From Promethearchaeota archaeon (GTDB lineage: Archaea; Asgardarchaeota; Heimdallarchaeia; Hodarchaeales; Hodarchaeaceae), in contig JBHLMN010000021.1 in assembly GCA_048938105.1 (NCBI GenBank), positions 41,699-105,698 of the forward strand: a stretch of 64,000 nucleotides of DNA. The letters run 5' to 3'. The position numbers and the translations under genes are program-made. Shown here piece after piece: positions 29,673 through 39,176 of the stretch. Under the pieces are notes generated by a model that saw only the letters and a list, made by a program, of their open reading frames with translations, ran no database searches and was not told where the DNA came from. Position 1 is the first letter of the stretch; every line of letters begins with the position of its first letter.

Positions 29673-31484
29673 CTATTCTGGTGGGATAGAAGCATAGATC
29701 GTTGAGAAGTCCACGCCTTTTTTGGTATAGTAGCTTTTCATATAGAAGTAGATAATGATACCAATAATGACGAGTACTAAGATTGTGTAGAAACCCCAGT
29801 TGAAGGTGTCCATTAAGGTTTCAACATCATCGAATTGTGGGATAAGTCCAGTTCCATCTGTTTCTGAATATGCTATGACAGGAATTAATGGCATAGCACC
29901 GATGAGCGGTATGTCCTCCATACCCGCAACAGGCATTAGGATACCGAATTCTCCGAGGATGACTAGATCCAAGTAGATGTTCATTATTAATGCGATTACA
30001 CCAATAATGACTACTGCTTCCATACCTCCTATCTTGGGACGCCAAGCAGTTCTATCGTACACATCTTTGAGTTTTCTGGGAAGTACTATTGCTGACAGAC
30101 AAGCCATAGTGAAGAATATACCATCCAACAGGTCTGTTGCAGTTATACCGTTTCCGAGGATCTGGTCTAAGACAGGGATATTTATTGCTCCTTCTTTTGT
30201 CCCAAAAACACCACTTTCAGCAAAAGCACCAAAAATAGCAACAATCGCGCAAAAGAGAATCGCTACTGTAGGTGAATGCCATCGCTCATCTACCTTAGCA
30301 AATGCCTCAGGAAGTGCTCTGTCAAAGGACATTGCAAAGAGTATTCGTGATGAGGTGGTGATGAATGGGGGGAGGTCATTAGCTAACCAAAGAATTGCTG
30401 CAGATGCGAACAGGAGTGGTACAATGCCACCAAAGGACATATTAAGTCCGTCAGCTGCTATAACAGCAATAAAGGGCATCCAACCAAAACCATCAATCGC
30501 AGGATCTCCAGTTGTGTCTCCATAATTCAAGAACCCGTTTGCTTGGAAGAAAGTCCAACCACTTGCGTGATCGCCACCAACAGAAGCACACATACTTAGT
30601 AATGTACTGATACTCATGTAGACACCCAGGATTATGAACCCTGCCGCCAAATGAGAAATTGGTAATGATCTGTTTGCTTCTTTAACTTCTCCAGCTGCGA
30701 ATGAAATAGCTGCATAGCCGATCCATGACCAATAGGCTCCTAAAATTGCGGTATTCACTGCTGAAAAGTAATTATCAGCTTTTTGTGCACCAATTCCTTG
30801 AGCTACTGCTTCATCAATCCATGCATCAACAGAGTGCCCAGTGATTGATAAAACACCATCTTCAACGGCTCCAGGTTGCATAGCACCTAAGAGAAGAGAC
30901 AGATATATTCCTACTGTGATAATTGCAGGAATCCAAAACATAACGTGTAGGAATTTGCCAGTCATTGATGTCCCAAAGTACGCGATAGCTGCGAAAGCGA
31001 ATATGAATATTATGCCAATAACACACATCGCAAGTGGTGTGCCTATGGCACTCCAATCAATATCTGGTAGCGCAACTGGCATGAATAGAACAGTAAAGTC
31101 TACGACAGCAACAGCAATTAACCCATATGAAATCGCAATCCCTAGAAATTCAGCCCACGCTGACACAAAACCAACACCAGGACTAATTGTTCTTGAGATG
31201 TAGACATATCCACCTCCTGCTCGTGGCATAGCGGTAGCCATAACTGCGAAAACGAATACGGTGGCAATCGCTGCTATTCCAGTTAACAGGAAAGCAATTA
31301 CCAATGGATCAATGAAGAATGGGTTGTCGTCTGGATGAAGAGGGGCCCAACCTGTGGTCTGAAAGACTCTTTTCTGCCAACCACCACCAATAACGTTGCT
31401 AAGGATAAAGATGGTAGCGGTGATTACCCCTATTTCTCTAACTAATCCGGTTGCGTCACGGACATAGGTTTTTGTTTCACTCAT
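29673..31484 (-). CDS. APC family amino acid/polyamine permease
   Basis: YVRDATGLVRE, AMPRAGGGYVYISR, AGEVKEA, SRILFAMSFDRALP; ~12-14 TM; AGGTGA SD. Confidence 0.92.
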   Translation of the reverse strand: MSETKTYVRDATGLVREIGVITATIFILSNVIGGGWQKRVFQTTGWAPLHPDDNPFFIDPLVIAFLLTGIAAIATVFVFAVMATAMPRAGGGYVYISRTISPGVGFVSAWAEFLGIAISYGLIAVAVVDFTVLFMPVALPDIDWSAIGTPLAMCVIGIIFIFAFAAIAYFGTSMTGKFLHVMFWIPAIITVGIYLSLLLGAMQPGAVEDGVLSITGHSVDAWIDEAVAQGIGAQKADNYFSAVNTAILGAYWSWIGYAAISFAAGEVKEANRSLPISHLAAGFIILGVYMSISTLLSMCASVGGDHASGWTFFQANGFLNYGDTTGDPAIDGFGWMPFIAVIAADGLNMSFGGIVPLLFASAAILWLANDLPPFITTSSRILFAMSFDRALPEAFAKVDERWHSPTVAILFCAIVAIFGAFAESGVFGTKEGAINIPVLDQILGNGITATDLLDGIFFTMACLSAIVLPRKLKDVYDRTAWRPKIGGMEAVVIIGVIALIMNIYLDLVILGEFGILMPVAGMEDIPLIGAMPLIPVIAYSETDGTGLIPQFDDVETLMDTFNWGFYTILVLVIIGIIIYFYMKSYYTKKGVDFSTIYASIPPE

Positions 31485-31507
31485 TTATTTCACCTTTAAA
31501 GTCCATA

Positions 31508-31524
31508 AAGACTTTTAAAGTCTT
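31508..31524. promoter_or_regulatory. Perfect inverted repeat AAGACTTT-T-AAAGTCTT, candidate operator for the permease
   Basis: 8-bp arms, 1-nt spacer, 24-40 nt upstream of the permease ATG. Confidence 0.4.
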
Positions 31525-32178
31525 AATATAATGTTCATTGATGATTTATTGTATATGTCTCTGAGAAAAAACATTTACGTCTTTCTGCTGCGAACATCAC
31601 TGTTTCTTTAGGTGTAATGCTTATGTTGGTTTGAGTTTGTCAAACCGTGAAAGCATTCAACACAAAAATTCACACGGTTATGTTCCGATTATAAAACTTT
31701 CGCCCAAAAATCGATGAAATATAAGTTATACATGAAAGAACTAACTTATTTTAGACATTATAATAAACAGCATTTAAAATATTCAGCTTTTTTTAAGGAT
31801 GTATTTTCTCAAGAGAGGTATAATTAATTTCATTTTAAGCCCGATTCCTATGAAAATAGGGTATTCATAAACTCCTCCTAATAAGTATTCTGTCCTAGAA
31901 AAAAAAATTTGTGAATCATTAATTTAAAGTTCTTTCAACCATAAAATATACGAAAATATGAATAATATGATCATTACTCACCAAGAATAAAGCTCTTCCT
32001 AGGTCAGAGTACAAAAGCTAGATAAAAATATAATAAAATTGGAAATTAATTGTATAATAATTAACTAGTGATTCTTGTTGCTTATTATTCGAAAAATTAA
32101 TAATAAGTTATCTAATAGGGGAATGTATAAATTAATAAGAAGATACTCAGACAAAACACAGTTTTAATTTAATAGCTG

Positions 32179-33198
32179 GTGAAAAAACTGGTAAGATTAT
32201 TCTATTGTACTGATATACATGGTTCTGAAGCGGTCTGGAGAAAGTTCCTTAACACAGCAAAATATCTCAATGCAGATACTTTGATCATGGGAGGAGATAT
32301 CACAGGTAAGCGGATAGTACCCATAATTCAACAATCTGATGGCACGTGGAAAGGGAGTATTTATGGCGTAGCTGAACAAAATGTTATAATGAAAACTGAA
32401 GAGGAAATTTTGGATTTTGAAAAACGAGCAAGGTTTGCTGGCTGTTATCCGTATCGTTTAACGCCAGAAGAAAATGATAAACTAGCTGCTCCTGACTCTG
32501 TGGCTGAAGATGGCAAGCTGATTAAGGGAGGCGCTCTTGATAAGCTATTTGATCAAGTAGAAGCTGAAGGATTACAACTTTGGATAGATATGATTGATGA
32601 TATTATGGAAGACGGAACTAAACGTGTACCAGAAGGAACAAGAATAATCATCTGCCCTGGAAACGACGACAAGTTTGCTATTGATGATATAATAATCAAA
32701 GATCCTAGAGTTATCTTTGGAGAGGGAGTGAAAGTTGATCTTGACGATCATCACGAAATGATTAGTTATGGCTGGACTAATCCTACTCCTTGGAATACTT
32801 ATAGGGAGTGTAGTGAAGAAGAAATCCAGGAAAACATAAATAAGTTAATTCCATTAATAAATAATATGGAGAATGCAGTCTTTTGTTTTCACTGTCCTCC
32901 TTATGATTGTATTATTGATGAAGCTCCCCTCTTAAAACCAGATCTGTCATATGTTGGATTTCGAGGTGGGGAACCTATTCGAGGCCCCACTGGAAGTACA
33001 GCAATTAGAAAAGCAATTGAAACACACCAACCGTTAGTCTCGCTCCATGGTCACATTCACGAATCAGCTGGTTATACAAAGATAGGTCGGACTTATGTCA
33101 TTAATCCTGGCAGTGAATATACTGAAGCTATCTTAAAAGGATTTCTTATAGAACTCGAGAAAGGTAAAATGACAAAAATGCAACGGGTAGAAGCTTAA
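32179..33198 (+). CDS. Calcineurin-like metallophosphoesterase (Icc-related); possible CTG start at 32188
   Basis: TDIHGS, GGDITG, PGNDD, FHCPP, HGHIHES, NPGS. Confidence 0.9.
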   Translation: MKKLVRLFYCTDIHGSEAVWRKFLNTAKYLNADTLIMGGDITGKRIVPIIQQSDGTWKGSIYGVAEQNVIMKTEEEILDFEKRARFAGCYPYRLTPEENDKLAAPDSVAEDGKLIKGGALDKLFDQVEAEGLQLWIDMIDDIMEDGTKRVPEGTRIIICPGNDDKFAIDDIIIKDPRVIFGEGVKVDLDDHHEMISYGWTNPTPWNTYRECSEEEIQENINKLIPLINNMENAVFCFHCPPYDCIIDEAPLLKPDLSYVGFRGGEPIRGPTGSTAIRKAIETHQPLVSLHGHIHESAGYTKIGRTYVINPGSEYTEAILKGFLIELEKGKMTKMQRVEA

Positions 33199-33349
33199 TT
33201 CTATTTATCTTTTACAATTTAAAGAGCGGAGAGCTAATCTGTTTTCCAAATGTGAATTATCCTCTGCTAGCACCTTTAGAATTAATAAAAAAGGGTTTAA
33301 ATATTTATCTAAGGAGTGGTAATATATTAGGAAAATCGAAGGTTAACGA

Positions 33350-34210
33350 ATGGAAAACTCAGAAAAGGCTCACAATGATGAACTTATGAAAGTAGGGTAT
33401 CAATTATTAGAGAAATGTAATAATGACGGTATTTCATGTTTTTTATGGGGTGGTGGGGCAATATACCACATGCTTGGAGGAAGACTTGATTATAGGGAAA
33501 TGAGTGATCTAGAATTTTTCTTACCAAAAAAGTTTGATCACTCTGTTCAAGATATCCTAAAAGAATTAGGGTTTATTCCTTATACTACCTTTAATAACAT
33601 GCAAAACATGTCTAGAACACCTAGAAGAGAATTTTATCGCCCTAATCGAGAACTTGATGATCTTGAAATCGAAGAAGTAGAACATGGGAGAAGAAAGAAC
33701 ATTGAAGATGTCAAATTTCAAAAAGTAGAGCTTTTTGTCACTGGTATCAAAATGTGCTGGACTTTCAAATTCAAAGAACTGCCTTCGAGTTATAAAAAAT
33801 CCCTTATAGCACCTCCAGGGTTTCAGCTAGCTCTTAAAGCAAACGCAATCTATTCCGAAGATTTTGATCTCAAAGATATTCAAGATATCTCAAGTGTAGT
33901 TAGTTCAAGTTGTTGTGAAGAAGTAACGACAGAGGACTCTATTTTCAGAGAGCCACATTTAGATGCAAATATCCGATATTCAATAGGAACTGATATTTTT
34001 CGAATTTTATCTAAAAAGAAACATGAATTTCCCAGTACTATAATAAGAAATTTCAGTGAATGTCTTAAATACCCGAAATTGTCTGAAAATGGCAAAAAAA
34101 CACTGTTACAGCTGATTGATTTTTTGAAACCTCTTGAGAAAAAAGATTTAGATGCGGGTTTGTTTGCTAAAGCTAAGAAGGAAAAACCTCGGCGTGTCGA
34201 CGCAAGGTAA
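33350..34210 (+). CDS. Pol-beta-superfamily nucleotidyltransferase-like protein (DxE variant)
   Basis: LWGGGAIYH...REMSDLEF, LGF...FN..., VELF...MCW, KDIQD; paralogous to 34279-35187. Confidence 0.6.
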   Translation: MENSEKAHNDELMKVGYQLLEKCNNDGISCFLWGGGAIYHMLGGRLDYREMSDLEFFLPKKFDHSVQDILKELGFIPYTTFNNMQNMSRTPRREFYRPNRELDDLEIEEVEHGRRKNIEDVKFQKVELFVTGIKMCWTFKFKELPSSYKKSLIAPPGFQLALKANAIYSEDFDLKDIQDISSVVSSSCCEEVTTEDSIFREPHLDANIRYSIGTDIFRILSKKKHEFPSTIIRNFSECLKYPKLSENGKKTLLQLIDFLKPLEKKDLDAGLFAKAKKEKPRRVDAR

Positions 34211-34278
34211 TAGCTTAAGTTATTTTTGATATTTTTCCTATACTTTACTTAAATAAGTAATACAATTAATTTTACTTA

Positions 34279-35187
34279 TTAATCCTCTGGTTTCTCAAGT
34301 AGATGTTTCCCACTAAAGATTCCGAATTCACCAACAGTCGCAGTTGTTTCAACGGGTCTGTACCACCTTTTTGTTGCTCCTATTCTCGCTCTGGCACGCC
34401 AACTACGGTTTTTAGGCATTTCCTTAAAGTAAGTGAGTATTTTATCTATCTTTGTTTCGACTATATTACATTGCTCTTCAGAAAGTTCCTTGAATTCTGG
34501 TAAAACATTCTTAATATTGGCTAGGTTTATGGTTATTGTGTGATAGAATCCCCAAGCATATGCTCCTTTTCGTAAATACTTATCACCAATATATTTGATA
34601 TTTATTGTCTCAGGTGTGTCATCGTACCCAATATCATGAGCTAGCAATAACATTATAGTATCAGCAACATCTTTATAGTTCATAAAAACAATTTGAGTTT
34701 TACCGAGAAACAACTCAGCTAAAGGAAGAGTTGGAGAATCTAATTTCAATCTTTTATGATCTAATTCAATATCATGATTAAATTTTATTTTACCATAAAA
34801 GACATCACAAAACCACCAGTTTTTTGGATGAATGTAAATCCGACGTTGACTGGCAGCTGTAGATAATGTAGGTTTTCGCTTAGCATAACCCATTTTTTTC
34901 ATGAATTTATCCATGTTTTTCATATGTTTATAAGAAATAGCTCCGTCTATATCAGTAATTTCACTTGTATCGTCACCTAATCGTTTTAAGCTTTTGTATA
35001 AATCCTCTAAGTCATGTACTTGACAATGAATGCGAATCGCTAATCCGCCGACTAATCTAAAATGGACACCAAGTTCTTCAGCTTGGGATACTAATTTCTT
35101 GGCTTCTTCCATAAAAACTGCAAGGGGAATAATTCCACCCCATTCCTCTGGTAAATCAACTGGTACGCCCTCTTTTTCTTGTAACAA
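34279..35187 (-). CDS. Pol-beta-superfamily nucleotidyltransferase-like protein
   Basis: LVGGLAIRIHC, ITDIDG, CDVF, TLPLAELFLGKTQI, KDVAD. Confidence 0.7.
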   Translation of the reverse strand: MLQEKEGVPVDLPEEWGGIIPLAVFMEEAKKLVSQAEELGVHFRLVGGLAIRIHCQVHDLEDLYKSLKRLGDDTSEITDIDGAISYKHMKNMDKFMKKMGYAKRKPTLSTAASQRRIYIHPKNWWFCDVFYGKIKFNHDIELDHKRLKLDSPTLPLAELFLGKTQIVFMNYKDVADTIMLLLAHDIGYDDTPETINIKYIGDKYLRKGAYAWGFYHTITINLANIKNVLPEFKELSEEQCNIVETKIDKILTYFKEMPKNRSWRARARIGATKRWYRPVETTATVGEFGIFSGKHLLEKPED

Positions 35188-35301
35188 AGCATGAATTCCT
35201 CCAATGTATACTTGTCATTATAAAAACTTATTAGCTTCAATTAATAAATCCTTCGAGAGGTGCTTTCACACATTAATTCTAGAAATCTATAATGTTTTAA
35301 T

Positions 35302-37041
35302 CTATAGTGTTTTGATTATTTTTTCTTCATTAGGAGTTATCTTGTAGATTGAATATACTGTTTCATTAATATATACTTTTAATTGTTTGAGTACTTCATA
35401 ATTAATCATTATCTTTTTATATTGTGCATTTTGTAGACCTGATATTATGGGAGAATTTGAGACTCGTGATAAATGGTGAAAGAGTCTCTTATAATTTTGA
35501 AAATCGCTTTTTCTCTGGTTAAATAGAGGAAACTTGCCTTTTTTCATTATTTGATCTAAATGAGTTTTTAATTCTCTCCCAGTCTGTTGATATTTAAAAT
35601 AAATTTCACCTAAGGTATAGAATTTTTCAATAATCGGTAGTGAATTTATTTGCTTCATTATTTCTTCATAGTTGTTTTCTTCAAGAAGTTTTTTCAGCTT
35701 TTTTCGATACACATGGTTTTTTGATCCAGAAATATGCGGAATCCTTATTGAATTTATATAAGCTCTGTCAAAATCTTTGCTGGTTACAAATTCTTTCACA
35801 TAAACGGCATGACGAAGCCACCATGCAATAAATGATGATTCTAGTAAACCTGCAACGGCATAAAGGGATATTTTTTCTCTTGAATAATTTGGAATGATGT
35901 TGATTACAGTTTCATTAGTTAAGATTTCACCTTCTCGATCGACCCAAGTTTTTAGGTCTAAAGAATAACTGGGTTTTGTATGATAGGATATTATCCGTTG
36001 CGCAATGATTTTCGGTATTTTTAATCGTTTGAGTTTTTGTTTTGGGGTCTTCTTATGTAAAAAATTTCGTCTTGGAAATAAAAAGCCAGATGAAATGGTA
36101 GACTTTTCTACTAGTGGAATGTTTCCATCTTTTGAACGGTATTTGCTACTCAATCCTCGAAAAGCAAGTACATTCAAAAATTCATGATCCTTACAATAAA
36201 TCCGCCGAATAATCTCCAATTCAGAGGCACTCACTCCTACCAGAAGATTTTTTACCATTAATGCGTCAAAGTTTGAAATTAAACTTATTTGTCCAAAATC
36301 CTTATCAATTGGATTCCAGATTCCAGTTTTATACTTATAATGTTGACCATCTAAATTCTCTTTTTTGACTATTATAGCACACTGTTCTTGTAATTGACCT
36401 GAGAATTGATTTCCAAGATCAAGAACTTCGACTAATTTGTAGTCAGTTAAAAGAATTTTTCTGAACTCAACCCATCTTTTGGAATAGATAATAGGTTTTG
36501 GTAACAAAAAACAGAGGATACCTCCAACTTTCAAAAGAGCTAGAGATTTTAAAGTAAAGAATATGGAACTTTCGGAGTAAATTTGACGATTCCATCCAAA
36601 ATGGCAATTTTTTCGAATTTGTGTCCACTCAAATTGTGAATAAAGTGCATTATGAGGGGGATTCCCAATAATGACATCAAATGTTCTTGGTAGGTCTGAA
36701 GGGTAATCTAAAAGAAAGTCTCCCAGTTTTAGTTCAAAATCTAAAGGAAATCTTTGATTTAACTTATTTAATTTATCATTAGTAATCTTCACTAAAGAAG
36801 AATCTATATCTAATCCATACATTTTCATAGAATAGACTAATGAGGTAATCAATGGAATTAGAATCTGAAAAAAAATCCCTTTGCCAATTGCAGGATCTAA
36901 AACTGTTATTGGTTTTTTTTGATAATCATTTGGAAAGTAATATGTTATATGGCTTAGAAGCGCCTCCACTAATGTTTTGGGGGTAAAGTATTGTCCCCTG
37001 GCTTTCCTTTTACTGTTATTATCTTTTATTCGAACTCTTAT
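35302..37041 (-). CDS. N6-adenine methyltransferase-like protein with NPPH motif IV; start extended to putative ATA 37041
   Basis: LDPAIGKG and FDVIIGNPPH. The in-frame upstream extension encodes SKRKARGQYFTP (motif X), which the ORF track omits (it starts at GTG 36969). Confidence 0.8.
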   Translation of the reverse strand: MRVRIKDNNSKRKARGQYFTPKTLVEALLSHITYYFPNDYQKKPITVLDPAIGKGIFFQILIPLITSLVYSMKMYGLDIDSSLVKITNDKLNKLNQRFPLDFELKLGDFLLDYPSDLPRTFDVIIGNPPHNALYSQFEWTQIRKNCHFGWNRQIYSESSIFFTLKSLALLKVGGILCFLLPKPIIYSKRWVEFRKILLTDYKLVEVLDLGNQFSGQLQEQCAIIVKKENLDGQHYKYKTGIWNPIDKDFGQISLISNFDALMVKNLLVGVSASELEIIRRIYCKDHEFLNVLAFRGLSSKYRSKDGNIPLVEKSTISSGFLFPRRNFLHKKTPKQKLKRLKIPKIIAQRIISYHTKPSYSLDLKTWVDREGEILTNETVINIIPNYSREKISLYAVAGLLESSFIAWWLRHAVYVKEFVTSKDFDRAYINSIRIPHISGSKNHVYRKKLKKLLEENNYEEIMKQINSLPIIEKFYTLGEIYFKYQQTGRELKTHLDQIMKKGKFPLFNQRKSDFQNYKRLFHHLSRVSNSPIISGLQNAQYKKIMINYEVLKQLKVYINETVYSIYKITPNEEKIIKTL

Positions 37042-37049
37042 CCCAACCT

Positions 37050-39041
37050 CTAAACATTTACCGCATTAAGATTTTCCAATTGTTTCTGGAGAGCATAAGC
37101 AGTATAGGTTTTTCCAGTAAGAACGTTTCCACTCATAATAATTAAACGGTGACGGTTTTGACGAATCTTATTTGCAATTTCTTGCACTCTTTTGTTGAAG
37201 TCAGGATCACGTGTTGAGACTTGAATTAATTCAAATTCTCTTGATGTAGATAGAGCTTTTGGGTAAGTTTGAAATAAATCCTGATAACGTTGAAAAATAG
37301 AGAGGTCAGCATCACTTTTTTTGATAGAGGATTTTTCCTCATCACGAACTTGTGAATTAAGTTTAGCCTCGTCTTTTGTTGCATTGGTGTTTATGTATAA
37401 TGGACGATACTTTCTAAATCTGTTTCCCAATGATTCTCTATGATTAGGATGAGTGGGCATGTTGAAGTTTGTGCCATCAAAAAAAACAATGCTTGATTGA
37501 TCTTTACGAAGGATACAGAGAATAAGCCATTTAGCCAGTATATATGTATGCTCATTTTCCCAAGATACATACTCAGGAAAACCTCCTCGGTATAGCTTTC
37601 TTATGTGATCAGTTGATACCACACGAACTTGTCGAGTAATACGTGTTACACATTGGGAAATGATTTTGTTTAGATTTTCAAGTATAGGAATGAGATTACG
37701 CTTTTGATTGATATGGGGTTTAATTTCTACTCTTTCACGAATTATTTCTAGGCAAATTCCAATGAACTCTCTTTCAGAGGCAATTTTTTTGTTTATTTGA
37801 AAATATTGAATAATATCCTCACCATTAATTGCGAGATCTGTTAAATTGATGGGCTGGTGAATCCTAGCTCTCTCCATGATATCTATCCATAATTTTCTTG
37901 ATAATCGTCTTTCTTTTTCTAAGGCCGCTTCTTTAGCGTGATAGAACATTAAATAATCGCTTAAATAATCAGGTTTGATTTTATGTTGGAATTTTCGTAT
38001 TATATAGTTTTTTACATCTTCTTGATCTTCTATAGAATAGGGAAGGCGCAATAGATGTATTGATAAGATATGAGATACTTCTGTAATCTGTTTATTAGAA
38101 CATTTCATGCGTTTCAAGAATTCACGAACAAAATTTTCTTGGAATGGGGGAAAAAGCTTTGTAGATTTTGTAGGGATATTAGATATTTGATGAATTAATA
38201 CTGCAAAGCGTAATCTTAAAGGAGAATCTTTCGTAAGTTTTGAAACTATCCGCAAAGTAAGTTCTGTTCTATTCAAGTTTGAACCTTGTATTTTTTTTGA
38301 AAATTCTTCATGATTAAATTCTGGTATCAGATGAAATAAAAATCCACATTCTCCTAATAATTGAATAGCTTTCTGAAAATAAGTCCCTTGTAGTAATTTT
38401 TGAAATTCTGTATGGATTCTTTCTTTTGCTACTTTAGAAAAAACATCAAAATGCTGTGGAACTGCTTTTAAAGTTTTAACCTCGATATTAAAGCCTAATT
38501 GGGCAACAAACCTAAAAATCCGAATTAATCGTAATCCATCTTCTCTTAAACGCTCATGGGGATCACCTACCATTCTTAGAATTTTAGCTTCGATATCCTT
38601 AATACCTTCAAAGGGATCAGAGAGTATATTATTAATTGGATCATACGCTATTGCATTAATAGTCAGATCGCGTCTGGATAAATCCTCTACTATATTACCA
38701 ACAAAATGAACATCTGAAGGCCTTCGACCATCAAAATATTCTCTCTCAACTCGAAAAGTTGTTATTTCTATCGATAGATTATTATACAGAATAGTAACTG
38801 TTCCATGTTTAATTCCTGTTGGGATAACACGAAATTTCTTCTCAAAAAGCATTATAACTTCAGGAGGTTTAGCATCTGTTGCAATATCCCAATCTTGGGG
38901 ATTTATTTCTTCCAGAATTGCGTCTCGAATTGATCCACCTACAATAAAAGCCTGAAATCCATGGTTGGTTAATAATTGACAGACATCGATTATTTCGATC
39001 GGAAATCGATCTTTTACCAACATTGGAAGAAACACAGCCAA
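37050..39041 (-). CDS. cca: Class II CCA tRNA nucleotidyltransferase fused to a C-terminal circularly permuted P-loop kinase
   Basis: VGGSIRD, QDWDIAT, DLSRRDLTINAIA, EDGLRLIR, KERI..EF.KLL. The C-terminus has VVSTDHIRK, VFFDGTN and, last, LIIMSGNVLTGKT. Confidence 0.85.
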   Translation of the reverse strand: MAVFLPMLVKDRFPIEIIDVCQLLTNHGFQAFIVGGSIRDAILEEINPQDWDIATDAKPPEVIMLFEKKFRVIPTGIKHGTVTILYNNLSIEITTFRVEREYFDGRRPSDVHFVGNIVEDLSRRDLTINAIAYDPINNILSDPFEGIKDIEAKILRMVGDPHERLREDGLRLIRIFRFVAQLGFNIEVKTLKAVPQHFDVFSKVAKERIHTEFQKLLQGTYFQKAIQLLGECGFLFHLIPEFNHEEFSKKIQGSNLNRTELTLRIVSKLTKDSPLRLRFAVLIHQISNIPTKSTKLFPPFQENFVREFLKRMKCSNKQITEVSHILSIHLLRLPYSIEDQEDVKNYIIRKFQHKIKPDYLSDYLMFYHAKEAALEKERRLSRKLWIDIMERARIHQPINLTDLAINGEDIIQYFQINKKIASEREFIGICLEIIRERVEIKPHINQKRNLIPILENLNKIISQCVTRITRQVRVVSTDHIRKLYRGGFPEYVSWENEHTYILAKWLILCILRKDQSSIVFFDGTNFNMPTHPNHRESLGNRFRKYRPLYINTNATKDEAKLNSQVRDEEKSSIKKSDADLSIFQRYQDLFQTYPKALSTSREFELIQVSTRDPDFNKRVQEIANKIRQNRHRLIIMSGNVLTGKTYTAYALQKQLENLNAVNV

Positions 39042-39176
39042 GATTTCTGTATTAATAGCTCTTTATTAGGGGATTTTAGTACAAAGTTTTTAATGATTAG
39101 GAAGAAGAACTAATTATCTGTAGAGAAAATGATGGATATAAATTCATATTGAGATAAATGACTTGAGTTAATTGTA

